DNA of 64,000 nt from the human T2T-CHM13v2.0 reference genome, Homo sapiens: assembly GCF_009914755.1 (NCBI RefSeq), contig NC_060947.1; one strand, 5' to 3'. Every line of letters starts with the position of its first letter. The stretch's first letter is position 1. The translations under genes were made by a program, and so were the position numbers. Positions 46,811 to 63,235 of this stretch are shown here, piece by piece. The notes beneath the pieces are model-generated. The model was not told the origin of the DNA, did no database searches, and saw nothing but the letters and a program-made list of their open reading frames with translations.

Positions 46811-48473
46811 ACCTTTGCAAATGATAGGTACTGAATAGTGGTTTGGAAATATATAATATTTTATATAATATTTATTTTCAAGTTTTTTGCCTTTCTATAA
46901 AAGGTACAAATTAGATTAGGTTACGTTATCATTTCCTAGACAAAATAAAAGGTTTTATTTTTTCTTTCATAAAACAGTTTCTCTTTCAACTATACACCAT
47001 TATACCTGAATGGTGTTTGCTCAGGGTTTGGTGATGCCTCAAAAATAAGTATACACACACATACAATATAAGTACATCTTATTTTTACTATGATAGGGGG
47101 AAATGTCAAACTCAATATTGCTCTATTATGGGAAAATTGATTCAAACTTTGCAATGGGAAATAAAATGCAACTAAGGAATAAAGCATGATATAATGAAAA
47201 CAATGGTGAGAATAATATCTCATTTTTAAATGGCACACTCTCTAGTATAAGACAGTAAACAAAATATGTTCCATCTTTCAACTATTTCCAGGCCAAATAG
47301 AGAAATATAAATAAATAGGGAATGATCTGTACAGAACCCTAAATATAGTATTACTTCTGGGAACTTATTGTGAGATAACTAAAATAAAATAGTTATTGTT
47401 TGTGCAGATATCCAAAAGGTATTGTTATATTTGTCTATATGTACTAATTGTTTTCCTTGTCTTCATTCAAATGTTAGTATTGCTTTTGTTTTCACAACAA
47501 TATATATTACTCTGGTATGATAACTTTTTTAGACAGGCTCCAGCTCTTAAATATTTGATGATTTGATACTGGCTTTTTAGAGCCATTTAAAAAAATGTCA
47601 GTAATGAAAATGTTTCAGATAATCAAGTGCACTTCTCAGAAACAATTTTTTGAAAACATTGAAAGGATCTAGCTCCAGATAAGTTGGAGTATAGATAATC
47701 ATGGAAGATACTTTCTAAAAAATATGATGATGATGATGGAGGGAGGATGAGAGTAGCACTGAAACATAACATTGTGGAATATTTTACAAAGAAACCCAAT
47801 GCTAGAATAAATACTGCTAGTGAAAGTGTCCTGAGTAACATGTGCCTATCTCTCTCCTCCACCCCATTTATGCCAAATAGGAAAAAAAAGTTAGCTCAAG
47901 TCAATATTCTCTAATTAATCATAACTCCACTTATGTCAGCACAGTCTCTCAGTACGAAGAGAGATTGTTTTGGAATGATAAAAAGCCCTAAATCTTTTCT
48001 TATTATTAATAAAAATATGTATATATCTGTTCATGTCCGCGAGTCTGAAATATTAAAATCAAAGCTAATGGTACCTCAGAAAACGCACTACTCCAGGCCA
48101 TGTTCTATTACCTCTCCTTAGAAATATAAAATCTAAGTATAGATATGATCTTGTAAATTTAGCCCATGTTTTATGAGGAAAAATATATGAATGTACTTAA
48201 TATTCTGCCCATGATGCTTGTTCCTATACACCATTAGAAGATATGGAAAGCTAAGACATATTGAGAATTTTACATCAGTAAGAAGATAATGAGTAGCAGG
48301 GAAGCATAAATTGTAATAATTAAAGCCATAGCTCTTTTAAGGAAAGCTGGGGTTGAATTTGCATGACAAGCTAATGTTCTCAGTCTATAAAATCGAGTGA
48401 AATTTTCCTGGTTGGATATTTTTAAATGTATTGTCAAATCTCTTACCCAGTATTCTGTAATAAAGAGACATTA

Positions 48474-48797
<324 letters not shown>

Positions 48798-49596
48798 TTA
48801 CACAAAATCCAGACTTTGCCTATCCAAGGATACGTGAATTGAATAAGGCTTATAATGATAGGGCTAATTTCCAACACACATCTTTATATAGGACTCTGTA
48901 CTACAAACAACAACAACAAAAAAACACATTCTGCAACCTTGTTGTTAGCGAGCCAAGCTTGAATAATTAAACCAATGAAATATTTTAGCCACATGTGTAA
49001 AGACTTGTCCTACACCAGTGTAACTTTTACAAAATACTTAAGTTAATAACCTCATATACCCAATATTTGCAAGAAACAAGGTGAAATAATCATATTGTTT
49101 CTTTAATTTATGCTGAGAATAGATTATTGAAGCAAAAATTTAAAAAAACTATTACCCATTGAAAGTAGCTGTTTAAAAACTGTGACTTTGTTGCCTTGAA
49201 TGATGTCAACAAAAGGCAATCTTACATAGTGATATTTCTTTATGTAAATGATCCTTCATATTTTTCCATCCAGCATAACTCATAGCTCTCTACCACATAA
49301 TTTTTTTTCAAGATTTAAGGTGTTAACTGTTGTGTTTGTGACCTGTGAATCCTGCTTATAAATTTTAAAGTATATTTCATAGTTGGTATCTATGAAATAA
49401 AAGATGTATACGGTATTTGTTGTATGTATTTCAAAACCAATTGGTAAAATACATTTATATACATTATGTAGAAATAAAATATTTTGCAAGAAATAAGTGG
49501 GTGTAATAATTTCCAGTTATACTTATCATATATTACTATTCTTTACTTGAACCTAAATTTAATTAAAAATAATAATACAAGCTCTTTATGTGATCC

Positions 49597-49686
49597 AGGA
49601 ACTCTCAACCTCAGCATTATTGCTATTTGGTGCTAGGGCTGTTGCAGGGACTGCCTTCTGCATTGTAGGAAGTATACCTGGCCTCA
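49597..49686. mobile_element. MER20-like hAT fragment
   Basis: CTCTCAACCTCAGCATTATTG...TGCATTGTAGGA...CCTGGCCTC. Confidence 0.6.
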
Positions 49687-49771
49687 AGCTGGTATGACCT
49701 TTAAGAAGTGAGAAACTAGGTCACTATGGCTCATGGCAGTGTATTAGAGCTGGTGTTATCATCCCAAGTTA

Positions 49772-50060
49772 CTCATTCAACAAATAATTATGGGTTGTTT
49801 ACTAACCATGTGACATTTTGATGAATTTTCATGGTACAATGATGAACAAATAAACAAGGTCCCTGTTTGCGTAAAGTGGAGGATAACAGATAATTATAAC
49901 ATTACATAGTAATAGTTTCTGCTGAGTGCTATGAAGAAAAATTACCACGTGTAAAAGGAGTGTAATACTTTCCCCCGTCTGGTGTATGGTGCTATGAACA
50001 GTGTCCCTAAAGAAGTGACACTGAAGTAAAGAACTTAAAAATTGGTAAGCATTAGACAGC
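49772..50060 (-). mobile_element. L2 3' fragment
   Basis: CTCATTCAACAAATAATTAT start, followed by GAGTGCTATGAAGAAAA and GAAGTGACACTGAAG. Confidence 0.65.
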
Positions 50061-50350
50061 AGATGGATAGAACTTATTTTTGCCTTTAAAGAATGTATTC
50101 CTATTGATAGTATACTTTTCCTGGATCACTTAATATGCATGACCATGCAGTTTTTAATTTAGTGGGAAACTCAATTACTTTTCTTTGCACATTTCATATT
50201 ATACCTTTGGGAGAAGTTAACTTCTGAAACCAAGGTGAACACAAGCCAATGATCAATTATTTACTCATTAAGCGAACAGGGGCTTTGGGGTTGTTTCTAG
50301 GATCATAACTTCTCTAACGTTCATTCAGCAAATAAGTTTTAAGAATGTAT

Positions 50351-50478
50351 TTTTTAAAAATAGAGATGAGGTTTTGCCATGTTGGTCAGGCTGGTCTTGA
50401 ACACCTGGCCTCAAGCAACCCACCCTCCTAGGCCTCCAAAAGTGCTGGGATCACAGGCATGAGCTACTGCACCCAGCC
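50351..50478 (-). mobile_element. Alu left monomer (FLAM_C/AluJ)
   Basis: Single monomer flanked by AAGAATG(T/C)ATTTTT. Confidence 0.85.
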
Positions 50479-50968
50479 AAGAATGCATTTTTTTCTTTCT
50501 TGGCCACATACTTGGTCAATTAAAAAAATAGAAATTTGATGAAATCTATATAGCCACATTTGGATATAGCCACATTCCTTTAGAAATGATACTTTTAGTG
50601 AATTTCTATTGTCTAATTACTTCACTGTTATTGGGAATTAAGTATGGTTTTACCACAGAAGTACAATAAGAGTTGGCAAATATGCTGTTACTGCTATGAT
50701 ACTTGTGCTTACTCAGCATCCATTACTAATGTGTTATTATCATTTCAACACCAATCCCACTTAGAAAACACTAAGTATTTTACCAGACAAATGGCCACAG
50801 ATCAAAACTATTGAAAAGATTGCCATCTTGTCTGCATATGTCATGACATATATAATATTTTATTATTAAAGTTATACATGCACATTTCAAAATTTCAATC
50901 AACATAAAAGGGCATAAAATAATAAGTAAAAGTCCTCTTCCACTTATATACAGAACTATATTATTTTA

Positions 50969-53486
50969 TGGGCACACCTAATTTTATTGTGCTTCACTTT
51001 ATTGTGCTATATAGTTAGTGTATTTTTTTTATAATTAGAGGGTTTGTGGCAACCTTGCATCAAGCAATATAACAGCACCATTTTTTCAACAGTGTTTCTC
51101 ACTTCATGTCTCTATCTCACATTTTGATCACTTTCACAATATTTCAAACTTTTTCATTATTATTAGAGCTGTTATGGTGATCTGTAATCAGTGATCTTTG
51201 ATATTACTGTTGTAATTGTTTGTGGGGAGCACAACCTCACCTATATAAGATGGACAAGTTAATTAATAAATGTATTGGGTGTTCTGACTGTTCCACAGAA
51301 CAGATATTTCGCTGTCTTTTCCTTTCTCTATTCCCTGAGACATAATTGGGAAATTAAGAAACCTACAGTGGTCTCTAAGTATTCAAGTTACAAGAAGAGT
51401 CACACGTCTCTCACTTTAAATCGGAAGCCAAAAGTAATTAAACTTATGAAGAGGGAATGTCAAAACCAAGATAGGCTAAAAGCTAGGCTATTGTGCCAAA
51501 GAGCCAAATTGTGAATGAAAATGAAAAGTTCTTAAATGAAATTTAAAGTGCTAATCTGATGAACACATGAATGATAACAAAGTGAAACAGCCTTATTGTT
51601 GATCTGGAGAAAGTTTTAGTGGTCTGGACAGATGTTCATACCAGCCACAAGATTCTCTAAGCCACAGCATAATCCAGAACCAGGTTCTAATTCTCTTCAA
51701 TTCTGTGAAGTCTGGGAGAGGTTAAAAAGCTGCAGAAGATACGTATAAATCTAGCAGAGTTTGGTGCATAAGGTTTAAGAAAATAAGTTGTCTGCACAAC
51801 ATAAAAGTGCAAGATGAAACAGCATGTGCTGATGTAGAAACTGCAGCAACTTATCCAGAATATCTTCCTAAGGTAATTGATAAAGTTGGCTACACTAAAC
51901 AACTGATTTTCCATGTTGATGCAACACTCTTATTTTGGAAGAAGATGCCAACTAGGACTTTCGTAGCTGGAGAGAAGAAGCCAGTGCCTGGACTGAAAGC
52001 TTCAAAAGACATACTGACTCTCTTGTTAGGGGCGAAAGCATTTGGTGATTTGAAGTTGAAGCCAATGCTCATTTATGTTTCTGAAAATCTTAAGGCTCTT
52101 AAGAAATGTGCTAATTTACTCTGCTTGTACTCTATGTATGGAACAATGAAGCCTGAATAACAACACATCTATTATATCATGGTTTACTGAATTTTTTAAG
52201 CCCATTTTTGAACCCTACTCTTTGGAAACAATATTCCTTTCAAAATATTGCTGCTCATTAATAATGGACCTGGTCAACCAAGAGCTCTGATGGGAAGTAC
52301 AAGGGGATTAATGTTATTTTCATACCTGCTAACACAACATCCATTCTACAGCCCTTGGTTAAAGGAAGAATTTGAACTTTTGAGTATTATTATTTGAGAA
52401 ATACATTTTGTAAACTTGTGTCATGGAGGTTTGTTGTACAGATTATTTCATCACGTAGGTATTAAACCTAGTACCTATTAGTTACTCAAACATGCACATG
52501 TACCCATGAACTTAAAAGTTGAAAAATACATTTTGTAAGGCTATAGCTGCCACAGATAGTGACTCCTCTGATGGATCTGGGCAAAGTAAATAGAAAGCCT
52601 TCTGGAAAGCATTCACCATTCTAGATGCCATTAAGCACATTCATGATTCATGAGAGGAGGTCAAAATATCAACATTAACATGAGTTTGGTGGAAGTTGAT
52701 TTCAACCCTCATGGATGACTTCAAGATCTCAGTGGAGGAAGTCACTGCAGATGTGGTGCAAATAACAAGAAAACTAGAATTAGAAGAGGAGCCTGAAAAT
52801 GTGACTGACTTGCGGCAATCTCACGATGAAATTGAATGTAGAAGGAGATGCTTCTTAGTGATGAGCATACAATTTGGTTTTTTGGGATGGAATCTACAGC
52901 TGTTGAAGTTGCTGTGAACATTGTTGAAATGACAACAAAGGATTGAGAATATCACGCAAACTTAGTTGATGAAGCAGCAACAGTTTGAGAGGATTTATTC
53001 CAATTTTGAAATAAACTTTATTGTGGGTAAAATACTATCAAATATCACATGCTACTGAGAAATCTTTCATGAAAAGAAGAGTCAATCGACGTGGCAAATT
53101 TCCTTATTGTCTTATTTTAAGAAAATTGTCACAGCCACCCCAACCTTTAGAACCACTGCTCTGATCATTCAGCCACTATCAACATTGAGGCAAGACTCTC
53201 CACAAGCAAAATGATTACAATTCACTGAAGGCTGCAATGATCATCAGCATTTTTAACAATAAAATACTTTTAGTTGAGGTATTTACATTGTTTTAGATAT
53301 AATGCTACTGCACACTATAGTGTACAGTTTAAACATAACTGTATAAAAATATACTACAGTATAGTGTAAACATAATTTTTATATGCAATGGGAAACCATA
53401 AAAAATTGCGTGGCTTGCTTTGTTGGAATATTTACTTTGTTACAGTGATTAAGAACCAGAGGTGTAGTATTTCTGAGGTATGGGTG
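50969..53486 (+). mobile_element. Tigger1 DNA transposon, near full length, transposase decayed
   Basis: TA-flanked degenerate TIRs. pogo/DDE remnants at 51807-52160 (FWKKMPTRTF, KLKPMLIY) and 52696-52917. Confidence 0.9.
52414..52523 (+). mobile_element. Miniature 5'-inverted L1 (L1PA13-16-type 3'UTR)
   Basis: TSD AAATACATTTTGTAA at 52399-52413 and 52524-52538. Antisense 3'UTR at 52414-~52484, then the sense terminus at ~52487-52523. Confidence 0.88.
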
Positions 53487-53542
53487 TACACTAATAAGCA
53501 ATGAAACTTTTTTTGTGACCAAAAGAACTACAATTACACAAA

Positions 53543-53921
53543 TGATTAGAGGATGAATGTTTGTCTTCCTTCAAAATTATCATGTTGAATCCCCAACTCC
53601 AAATGTAATAGTATTATGAAGTGGGTTTTCTGCGTGGTTTTTAGATGAGGTCCTGAGGATAGAGCCCATAATATGTGATTAGTGTCCTTGTAAGGTGATA
53701 AAGAAACCAAAGCTGTCTGTCTGTCTCTCTGCCTCTGCCATGTGAAGACATAGCAAGAAGGCAGCCCTCTGCCATCCAGGAAAAGACAGATCACCAAGAA
53801 CCCGGCTGTGGTGGCACCTCGATTATGGATTTCTCAAACTCCAGAACTGTCAGAAATAAATATCTGTTGTTTAATCCAGTAAGTCTGTGATATTTTGTCA
53901 TAGCAGCCTAAGAAGAGTACG
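53543..53921 (+). mobile_element. MLT1A-like MaLR solo LTR
   Basis: TGAATGTTTGTC...GCCATGTGAAGACATAGCAAGAAGGCAG...AGAAATAAATATCTGTTGTTT...ATAGCAGCC. Confidence 0.8.
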
Positions 53922-54531
53922 CCATGAATCTTATAATTTCTTAGATGTATATGAGCAATAGAGTGTTTTGAAAAGTTGTGAGAATCATATTATACTTTAT
54001 AAAGATTAATGAAAAGCACCATAATCAACTAGTGAGTAGTGCCAAGAATAGATATGAATAATAAAATTTTCTGGGTATTCTTTGACATTTATATACATAA
54101 ACTCAGTAAAGATTATTTGAATTATGACAAATTTTAAATTACTGGAAAGAGAAATATGGCTTTAGAGAGTAAAGCTTAAGAAAAAAATACATTTCAAAGC
54201 TTTAGAAATCTCTATAAACTATGTGATTTTCGTATAGTCACTATCAAAGAAGAAAGTGATCTCATTTTCTAAAAGAATCAACTTTATTCACTACATAAGT
54301 CTAATTTTTATAAGCTCCTTGGTGATTCATGAAGAATTTTAGTGATTTTTAAAATGTGATCCTAAAAATAAGATTCAATACTCCTCTGGTAATGTGCCAC
54401 AATTTTGTTTTCACTTTCTTTTTTTTTCTTGTTTTTCCTCAACTTACCTATAAAACATTTTATATGTTTACATTTTTAATACTTATGATAAGTAATTTTT
54501 GAGTTATAAACACAACTGTATTACTTGACCT

Positions 54532-56098
54532 CTTTTTGTTCAACTTTATTTTAGTTTCAGGGGAAACAAGTGCAGGTTTTTTACATGGGTAAATTGCATG
54601 TAACTGAGATTTGGTGTATGAATGATTCTGCCCCACAGGTAGTGAGTATAGTACCCAATAGGTAGTGTTTCAACTCTCCCTGCAAGCACTCCCTTCTCTA
54701 GTAGTTCCCGGCATCTACTGTTCCCATCTCTATGTCCATGTGTGTACCCAATATTTCACTGCCACTTATAAGTGAGAATATGTGGTATTTGGTTTTCTAG
54801 TCCTGAATTAATAAACTTAGGATAATGGCCTCCAGCTGCAATCATGCAATCATGTTGCTACAAGGGCATAATTTTGTTCCTTTTTATGGCTGTGTAGTAT
54901 TCCGTTATGTTTATATACCACATGTCTTTATCCAGTTCACCGTTGATGGGAATCCAGGCTGATTTCATGTCTTTGCTATTGTGAATAAAGCTGTGATGAA
55001 CATACAAGTGCATTTACCTTTTTGGTGGAACAGTTTCTTTTCCTTTGGATATTGATATGGTTTGGCTCTGTGTCCCCACCCAAATTTCATGTCAAATTAT
55101 AATTCCTATGTGTTGGGGAATGGGCCTCGTGAAAGGTGATTGAATCACGGGGGCAGACTTCCCTCTTGATGTTCTCATGATAGGGTTTTCATGAGATCTG
55201 GTTGTTTGAATGTGTGTAAAGCTTCACCCTTCGCTTTCTCTCTCTTGTCACCATGTGAAGAAGTTGCTTGCTTCCCCTTCGCCCTTCTTCCATGATTGTA
55301 AGTTTCCTGAGTCCTCTAGCCATGCTTCCCGTACAATCTGCAGAAGTGTGAGTCAATTAAATCTCTTTTCTTCATAAATTACCCAGTCTCAGGTAGTTCT
55401 CTATAGCGGTGAAAGAACAGACTAATGCAGGTATATTCCCAATAATGAGATTGCTGGATCAAATGACAGTTCTGTTTTAGCTCTTTGAGGATCTACCACA
55501 CTGCTTTCCACAATGGTTGAATGAATTTGCACTCCCACCAACAGTGTATAAGCATTCCTTTTTCTCTGCAACCTCACCAGCATCTGTTATTTTTGACTTT
55601 TTAATAATAGCCATTCTGACTGGTGTGAAACAGTATCTCATTTTGGTTTTGATTTGCATTTCTCTAATGATTAGTAATGTTGAGCATTTTTTAAATGTAT
55701 TTGTTTGCAGCATGTATGTTTTCTTTGGAGAAGCATCTGTTCATGCTCTTCACCTATTTTTAATGAGTTTTTTTTTTTTTTTGCTTGTTGAATTAAGTTC
55801 CTTAGAGATTCTAAATATTACTAATCTGTTGGCTGCATGATTTGCAAATATTTTCTCCCAGTCTGTAGGTTGTCTGTTTTCTTTGTTGATAGTTTCATTT
55901 GCTATGCAAAAGCTTTTCAATTTAATTATGTTTAATTTGTCAATTTTTGTTTTAGTTGCAAATGCTTTTGGAGATTTAATCATAAATTATTTACCAAAGC
56001 TGATGTCCAGAATTGTATTTCCTAGGTTTTCTTTTAGAATTTTTATAGTTTCAGGACTTACATTTAAGCTTTTAATCCATCTTGAGTTATTTTTTTTT
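54532..56098 (-). mobile_element. L1PA15/16-like 3' fragment
   Basis: Antisense 3'UTR and ORF2 C-terminal remnants (55477-55713, 55750-55983). Confidence 0.85.
55053..55429 (+). mobile_element. MSTA-like MaLR solo LTR nested in L1
   Basis: TGATATGGTTTGGCTCTGTGTCCCCACCCAAAT...GACTAATGCA. 5-bp TSD GATAT/GGTAT with one mismatch. Confidence 0.88.
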
Positions 56099-56418
56099 CA
56101 TATGTTGACCTCTTTCTTATGTTTGCTCTTTTAATTGAAGTAATTTTATAGGAATCAAGTTTATAAAATTCATGATCAGAAATAGGCCAAAACTGGTTAA
56201 ATGAGAATAAGATTGAGATTAAAGAAAGTTATACTATGTGACTAAGCTTTTGTAAATGTTTACAAGTGAGAATACCTAGTGAAACAAAAGTGCCACTTAA
56301 ATGAATAACACCAAAGTCTGTTTTATGAGATTATCTTTTTTCTAGCTATTTAAATTCAGTTACTCTTGTCCTAATTCTGTTTGGTATGAGACACCAAATC
56401 ATTTACCTTCTGTGCCAG

Positions 56419-58857
<2,439 letters not shown>

Positions 58858-59269
58858 TAGTGTTTCTCAGGGAATTCATTTACAGCCCAGCAAACAACTT
58901 AGAACATTAGACATCTTTATTCTTAAAATCCCTTGGCCTTTGCCACCACCAGAGATTTTTCATTTCCCATTTCTTTCAGTATTGAGTCGCACCCTATGTT
59001 TTTATCTACCTGATCTCGTTTTTCATATCATCTCTTCTCTCCATTTTTCCGGCACCTAATTTCCATTCTCTCAGGCTCTCCCTAGGAATTTAGAACCTTC
59101 TTCAATTCACTGTACAAAACAATTAGCTTTCTAATTTCCTATTTTATTTTTTTTTACTCTGTATGAGGTCTGCCTCAGGACTGAAAACCATTTAAGTTGT
59201 GCTAGTAAACCAAAAATAAAGGATTTCAGATTACACTCTGTCAAAAAAAAATTCTCATCTCAAAGAGCG

Positions 59270-59650
59270 TTCAAACAATTATGCAATTATACCTCATGAT
59301 GAGTGCTATGAAAAAATCTTAAAGCGTAAGAATAGAGAATTAGGTGATTCATTAGAAAACAGGTGGCCTCTTTTCTATGGCATATTTTAGAAGGCTTCTT
59401 TGAGGAAGTGATTTTAAGCTGAAACCTGAAGAATATGTAATATTTAGCCAAGTGAAAAATTGGCAATAGAATTTTCCAAGAAGAAGAAATCAAATATTTG
59501 AAAACTATAAGGCAAAAAAGAATTTCGTTTATTTAGTGGATTGAAAGCAGGTTGGCTGAAATTCAGTGAGTTAAAGGCTGAGTCAACCAAGGTGATGGTA
59601 AAGAGTAGGTGGGCTGTTTTCAAGTGGGAGATCTGAGGGTGCATATTACT
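59270..59650 (-). mobile_element. L2 fragment
   Basis: GAGTGCTATGAAA...GAGGAAGTGATTTTAAGCTGAAACCTGAAG. Confidence 0.6.
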
Positions 59651-61039
59651 TGCCTTTTCTGAAGATTATTAAAATCAATATCAAAATTTCTGTCTTTAAT
59701 GATATTCCTATGAAAGATAAAAAGATTATTTTGAATGGTTCCTTGCTGTTTGAGTTGCACTATGGATACATTTCTATGTTTGGTTCTGAAATGTATGAGC
59801 CACATCACATAGAACTCTGCAGACCATAGTAATTCTTAAAATAATTATCCTAGGTGCAATGAAAAAGCTTTGAAGGATGATGATAAATAACCTCTGATAT
59901 TTCAGTTATCATTGTTTCTATTTCTTTACCAAGGAATCCTTTGCCTCTGGACAAACTCCAGTCTGTCATGTTCTTAGAAATGTGCCCAAGTGTGGTGCAC
60001 AGACTAGCACAGACTAGATTCTCTGTTCTTCAAATTCCTATTAATTCACTCAAGATCACATAGGCTAATTTTGCAGTTGCATTCAACTGTGATGCAAAGA
60101 ACCATAGAAATTTAGAATTGCAAAGAAGTACTGAAATAATTTAATCCAGTCAGCTGTGTTCGGAGATGAGGAAACTGAAACTGAAGGAATGAACGTATAA
60201 TACAATCCAGAAGTAATTTTAATACTAACTTTTATAAAACATCTCACTATATTTTGTACTTGTTCAATTAGAAGTATATATTAAATGTCTTCTTGATAGA
60301 TTTGACCATTTTTTTCCAGTGAAATAAGAGAATTTTTCACATTAAACAGGTTAAACAATGTGTTTGACCATCCTCTCAGCTTCAATGCATATGTGTGTGG
60401 TCATCATGGCTCCCAATCCAGTCATTCTCAAAAACTATAAAACAAGACAGGACAAAAGAAAGCCCTTGGCCACACTATAAGATAGGTTCTTCTACTGGAA
60501 CATTGATAGATTAATTATTTGTGTATAGTTATCCAAGCACTTACAAATACTTAGCTGTCTTATTGACTTGCCCATGCATATGATATAAGGCCAAATAGAC
60601 TAATATTATCACTGTCCTCCACAAGATAGTGCCTTCATTTAAATGTGCTTGCACATGCTATTCTCTTAGCTTGAAGGTAACTTCTTCATCTATTTAGAAT
60701 TCCTTTGTCCTCCAATGCCCAGTTTTGCCTTTTCCACATAGGTGTACCAGAACACTTCAATCCCCACTGACGTCTTTTTTAAGGGAAGTACATCTCCTTT
60801 TCCACTTCTAGACTGCACTGTACTACTCAATACATATTTGCATTCTGTCTTTTGTCTTTCTCTCATTGTTTTGTGTGTGTTCTGTTTCACTATTATCATG
60901 ACAATGACTTAATGAGGTTTGTGTTTCGAACTATTATCTCACAAGTTTTATATATATATATATGTGTGTGTTTGTGTGTATACATTAATTTATGGTGAGT
61001 CAGACCCAAGTAAATATTAAGTGATATAATTTTGAGATT

Positions 61040-61200
61040 TAAAAACATGGACTCTGGCTGGGTTTAAATTCTGGCTCTTCTACTTACCACTTCTATGAAC
61101 CACTTGTATAACCTTGTGTGATTATCCTCTCTATAGATTAATTTTTTTCACCTGTAAAAAGAAAACAAAAGAAACACTAACTTCAAAGATTTATTTTAGT
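61040..61200 (+). mobile_element. MIR
   Basis: CTGGGTTTAAATTCTGGCTCTTCTACTTAC...TTTTCACCTGTAAAA. Confidence 0.6.
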
Positions 61201-61224
61201 TAGATGATATAGTATGTTTATTTT

Positions 61225-61671
61225 TTATTTTTATTTTTTTTTAATTTATTTTTTTATTATCATACTTTAAGTTTTAAGGTACATGTGCACATTGTGCAGG
61301 TTAGTTACATACGTATACATGTGCCATGCTGGTGTGCTGCACCCACTAACTCGTCATCTAGCATTAGGTATATCTCCCAGTGCTATCCCTCCCCCCTCCC
61401 CCGACTCCACAACAGTCCCCAGAGTGTGATGTTCCCTTTCCCCATTGTGGAAGTCAGTGTGGCGATTCCTCAGGGATCTAGAACTAGAAATACCATTTGA
61501 CCCAGCCATCCCATTACTGGGTATATACCCAAAGGACTATAAATCATGCTGCTATAAAGACACATGCACACGTATGTTTATTGCAGCACTATTCACAATA
61601 GCAAAGACTTGGAACCAACCCAAATGTCCAACAATGATAGACTGGATTAAGAAAATGTGGCACATATACAC
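61225..61671 (-). mobile_element. Short L1PA2/3-like, 5'-inverted (twin-primed)
   Basis: TSD GATATAGTATGTTTATTTT at 61206-61224 and 61672-61690. Poly(T), antisense 3'UTR to 61441, then an inverted ORF2 piece at 61442-61671. Confidence 0.94.
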
Positions 61672-62419
61672 GATATAGTATGTTTATTTTAAAGAAATTT
61701 TTATATGGTTGAATTTAGACCTATTATTTTTTATCATTTGTTTATTTGTTTTTTCTATTTTTTTCTTCTGTTGCATTCTTCCCTTCTTTGAGATCAATTG
61801 AACTTTTTTGAAATTAAATACATCTATTAGCTTTTTAATTAATTATATATTCTTTTCGTTATTTTGTTAGTGGTATCTCTTGGTATTAGAAAATACACCC
61901 TTACATTTTTACCACCTAGTTAGTGTTAATATTGTCACTTCTAGTAAATTGTAAGAATCTTGCAACTATCTACATCAATTTACCAATCTCATCATTTATA
62001 TTTGTCACATGTATTACCACCACACACCTTATAAATCCCACAATAGAATATCATACGTATTTTTGCTTTAACCAGCCATATGTATTTTTAAAATATTAAC
62101 TTTATATTTAAATTTACATTGACATACACATGTACCATTTCAAGTACACTTCATTCCTTCTTGAAGATTTCATTTCCTATCTGGTACCATTTTCCTTTAG
62201 CCTGAAAACATCCTTTGGCATTTATACTAATAGTACAGTTCTATTGGTGATTAATTATCTTTGTTTTTGTTTGTCTGGAAATGTATGTATTTACTCTTCA
62301 TTCTGATAGGATATTTTCTCTGGATACAGGCTTCTGTGTTGAATTTTTTTTCTCATTCAGTATACAAAATATTCAGTTTTCCATTTATTTCCTAGTATAA
62401 ACTCACTGGTCAAAATTTC

Positions 62420-62474
62420 TGTCTCTCTCTCTCTCACACACACGCGCATACACACACACATACACACACACACA
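62420..62474. repeat. Compound (CT)n(CA)n microsatellite
   Basis: Seen directly. Confidence 0.9.
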
Positions 62475-62801
62475 TCTGTTTTCAGCAATTTAATTACGAT
62501 ATGCCAAATTGTGATTGCCATTGTATGTATTCTGCTTAGGTTTTGCTAAGATTCTTGAATTTGTAATTTTAAGTCTTTCATCAAATTAAAGAATTTTTTG
62601 GCTATTTTTTCTTCAAATATTTTTGTTGACCCACTAATTATCATTTATCATTCTGAGATTTAAAATTACACATATATTAGACATTTTCATATTGTCACAC
62701 AGATCAATGTTGTTTTTTTTTAAATTCTTTTTCTCTCTGTTATTCAGATTGGATAATTTATCAGTCTCTATCTTCAGATTTTCTAACTCTTTCTTCTGTG
62801 A

Positions 62802-63235
<434 letters not shown>

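Noticed and set aside
51457-52917. Tigger1 transposase as a domesticated TIGD-like gene
   Set aside because: Multiple stops and frameshifts plus an L1 insertion indicate neutral decay.
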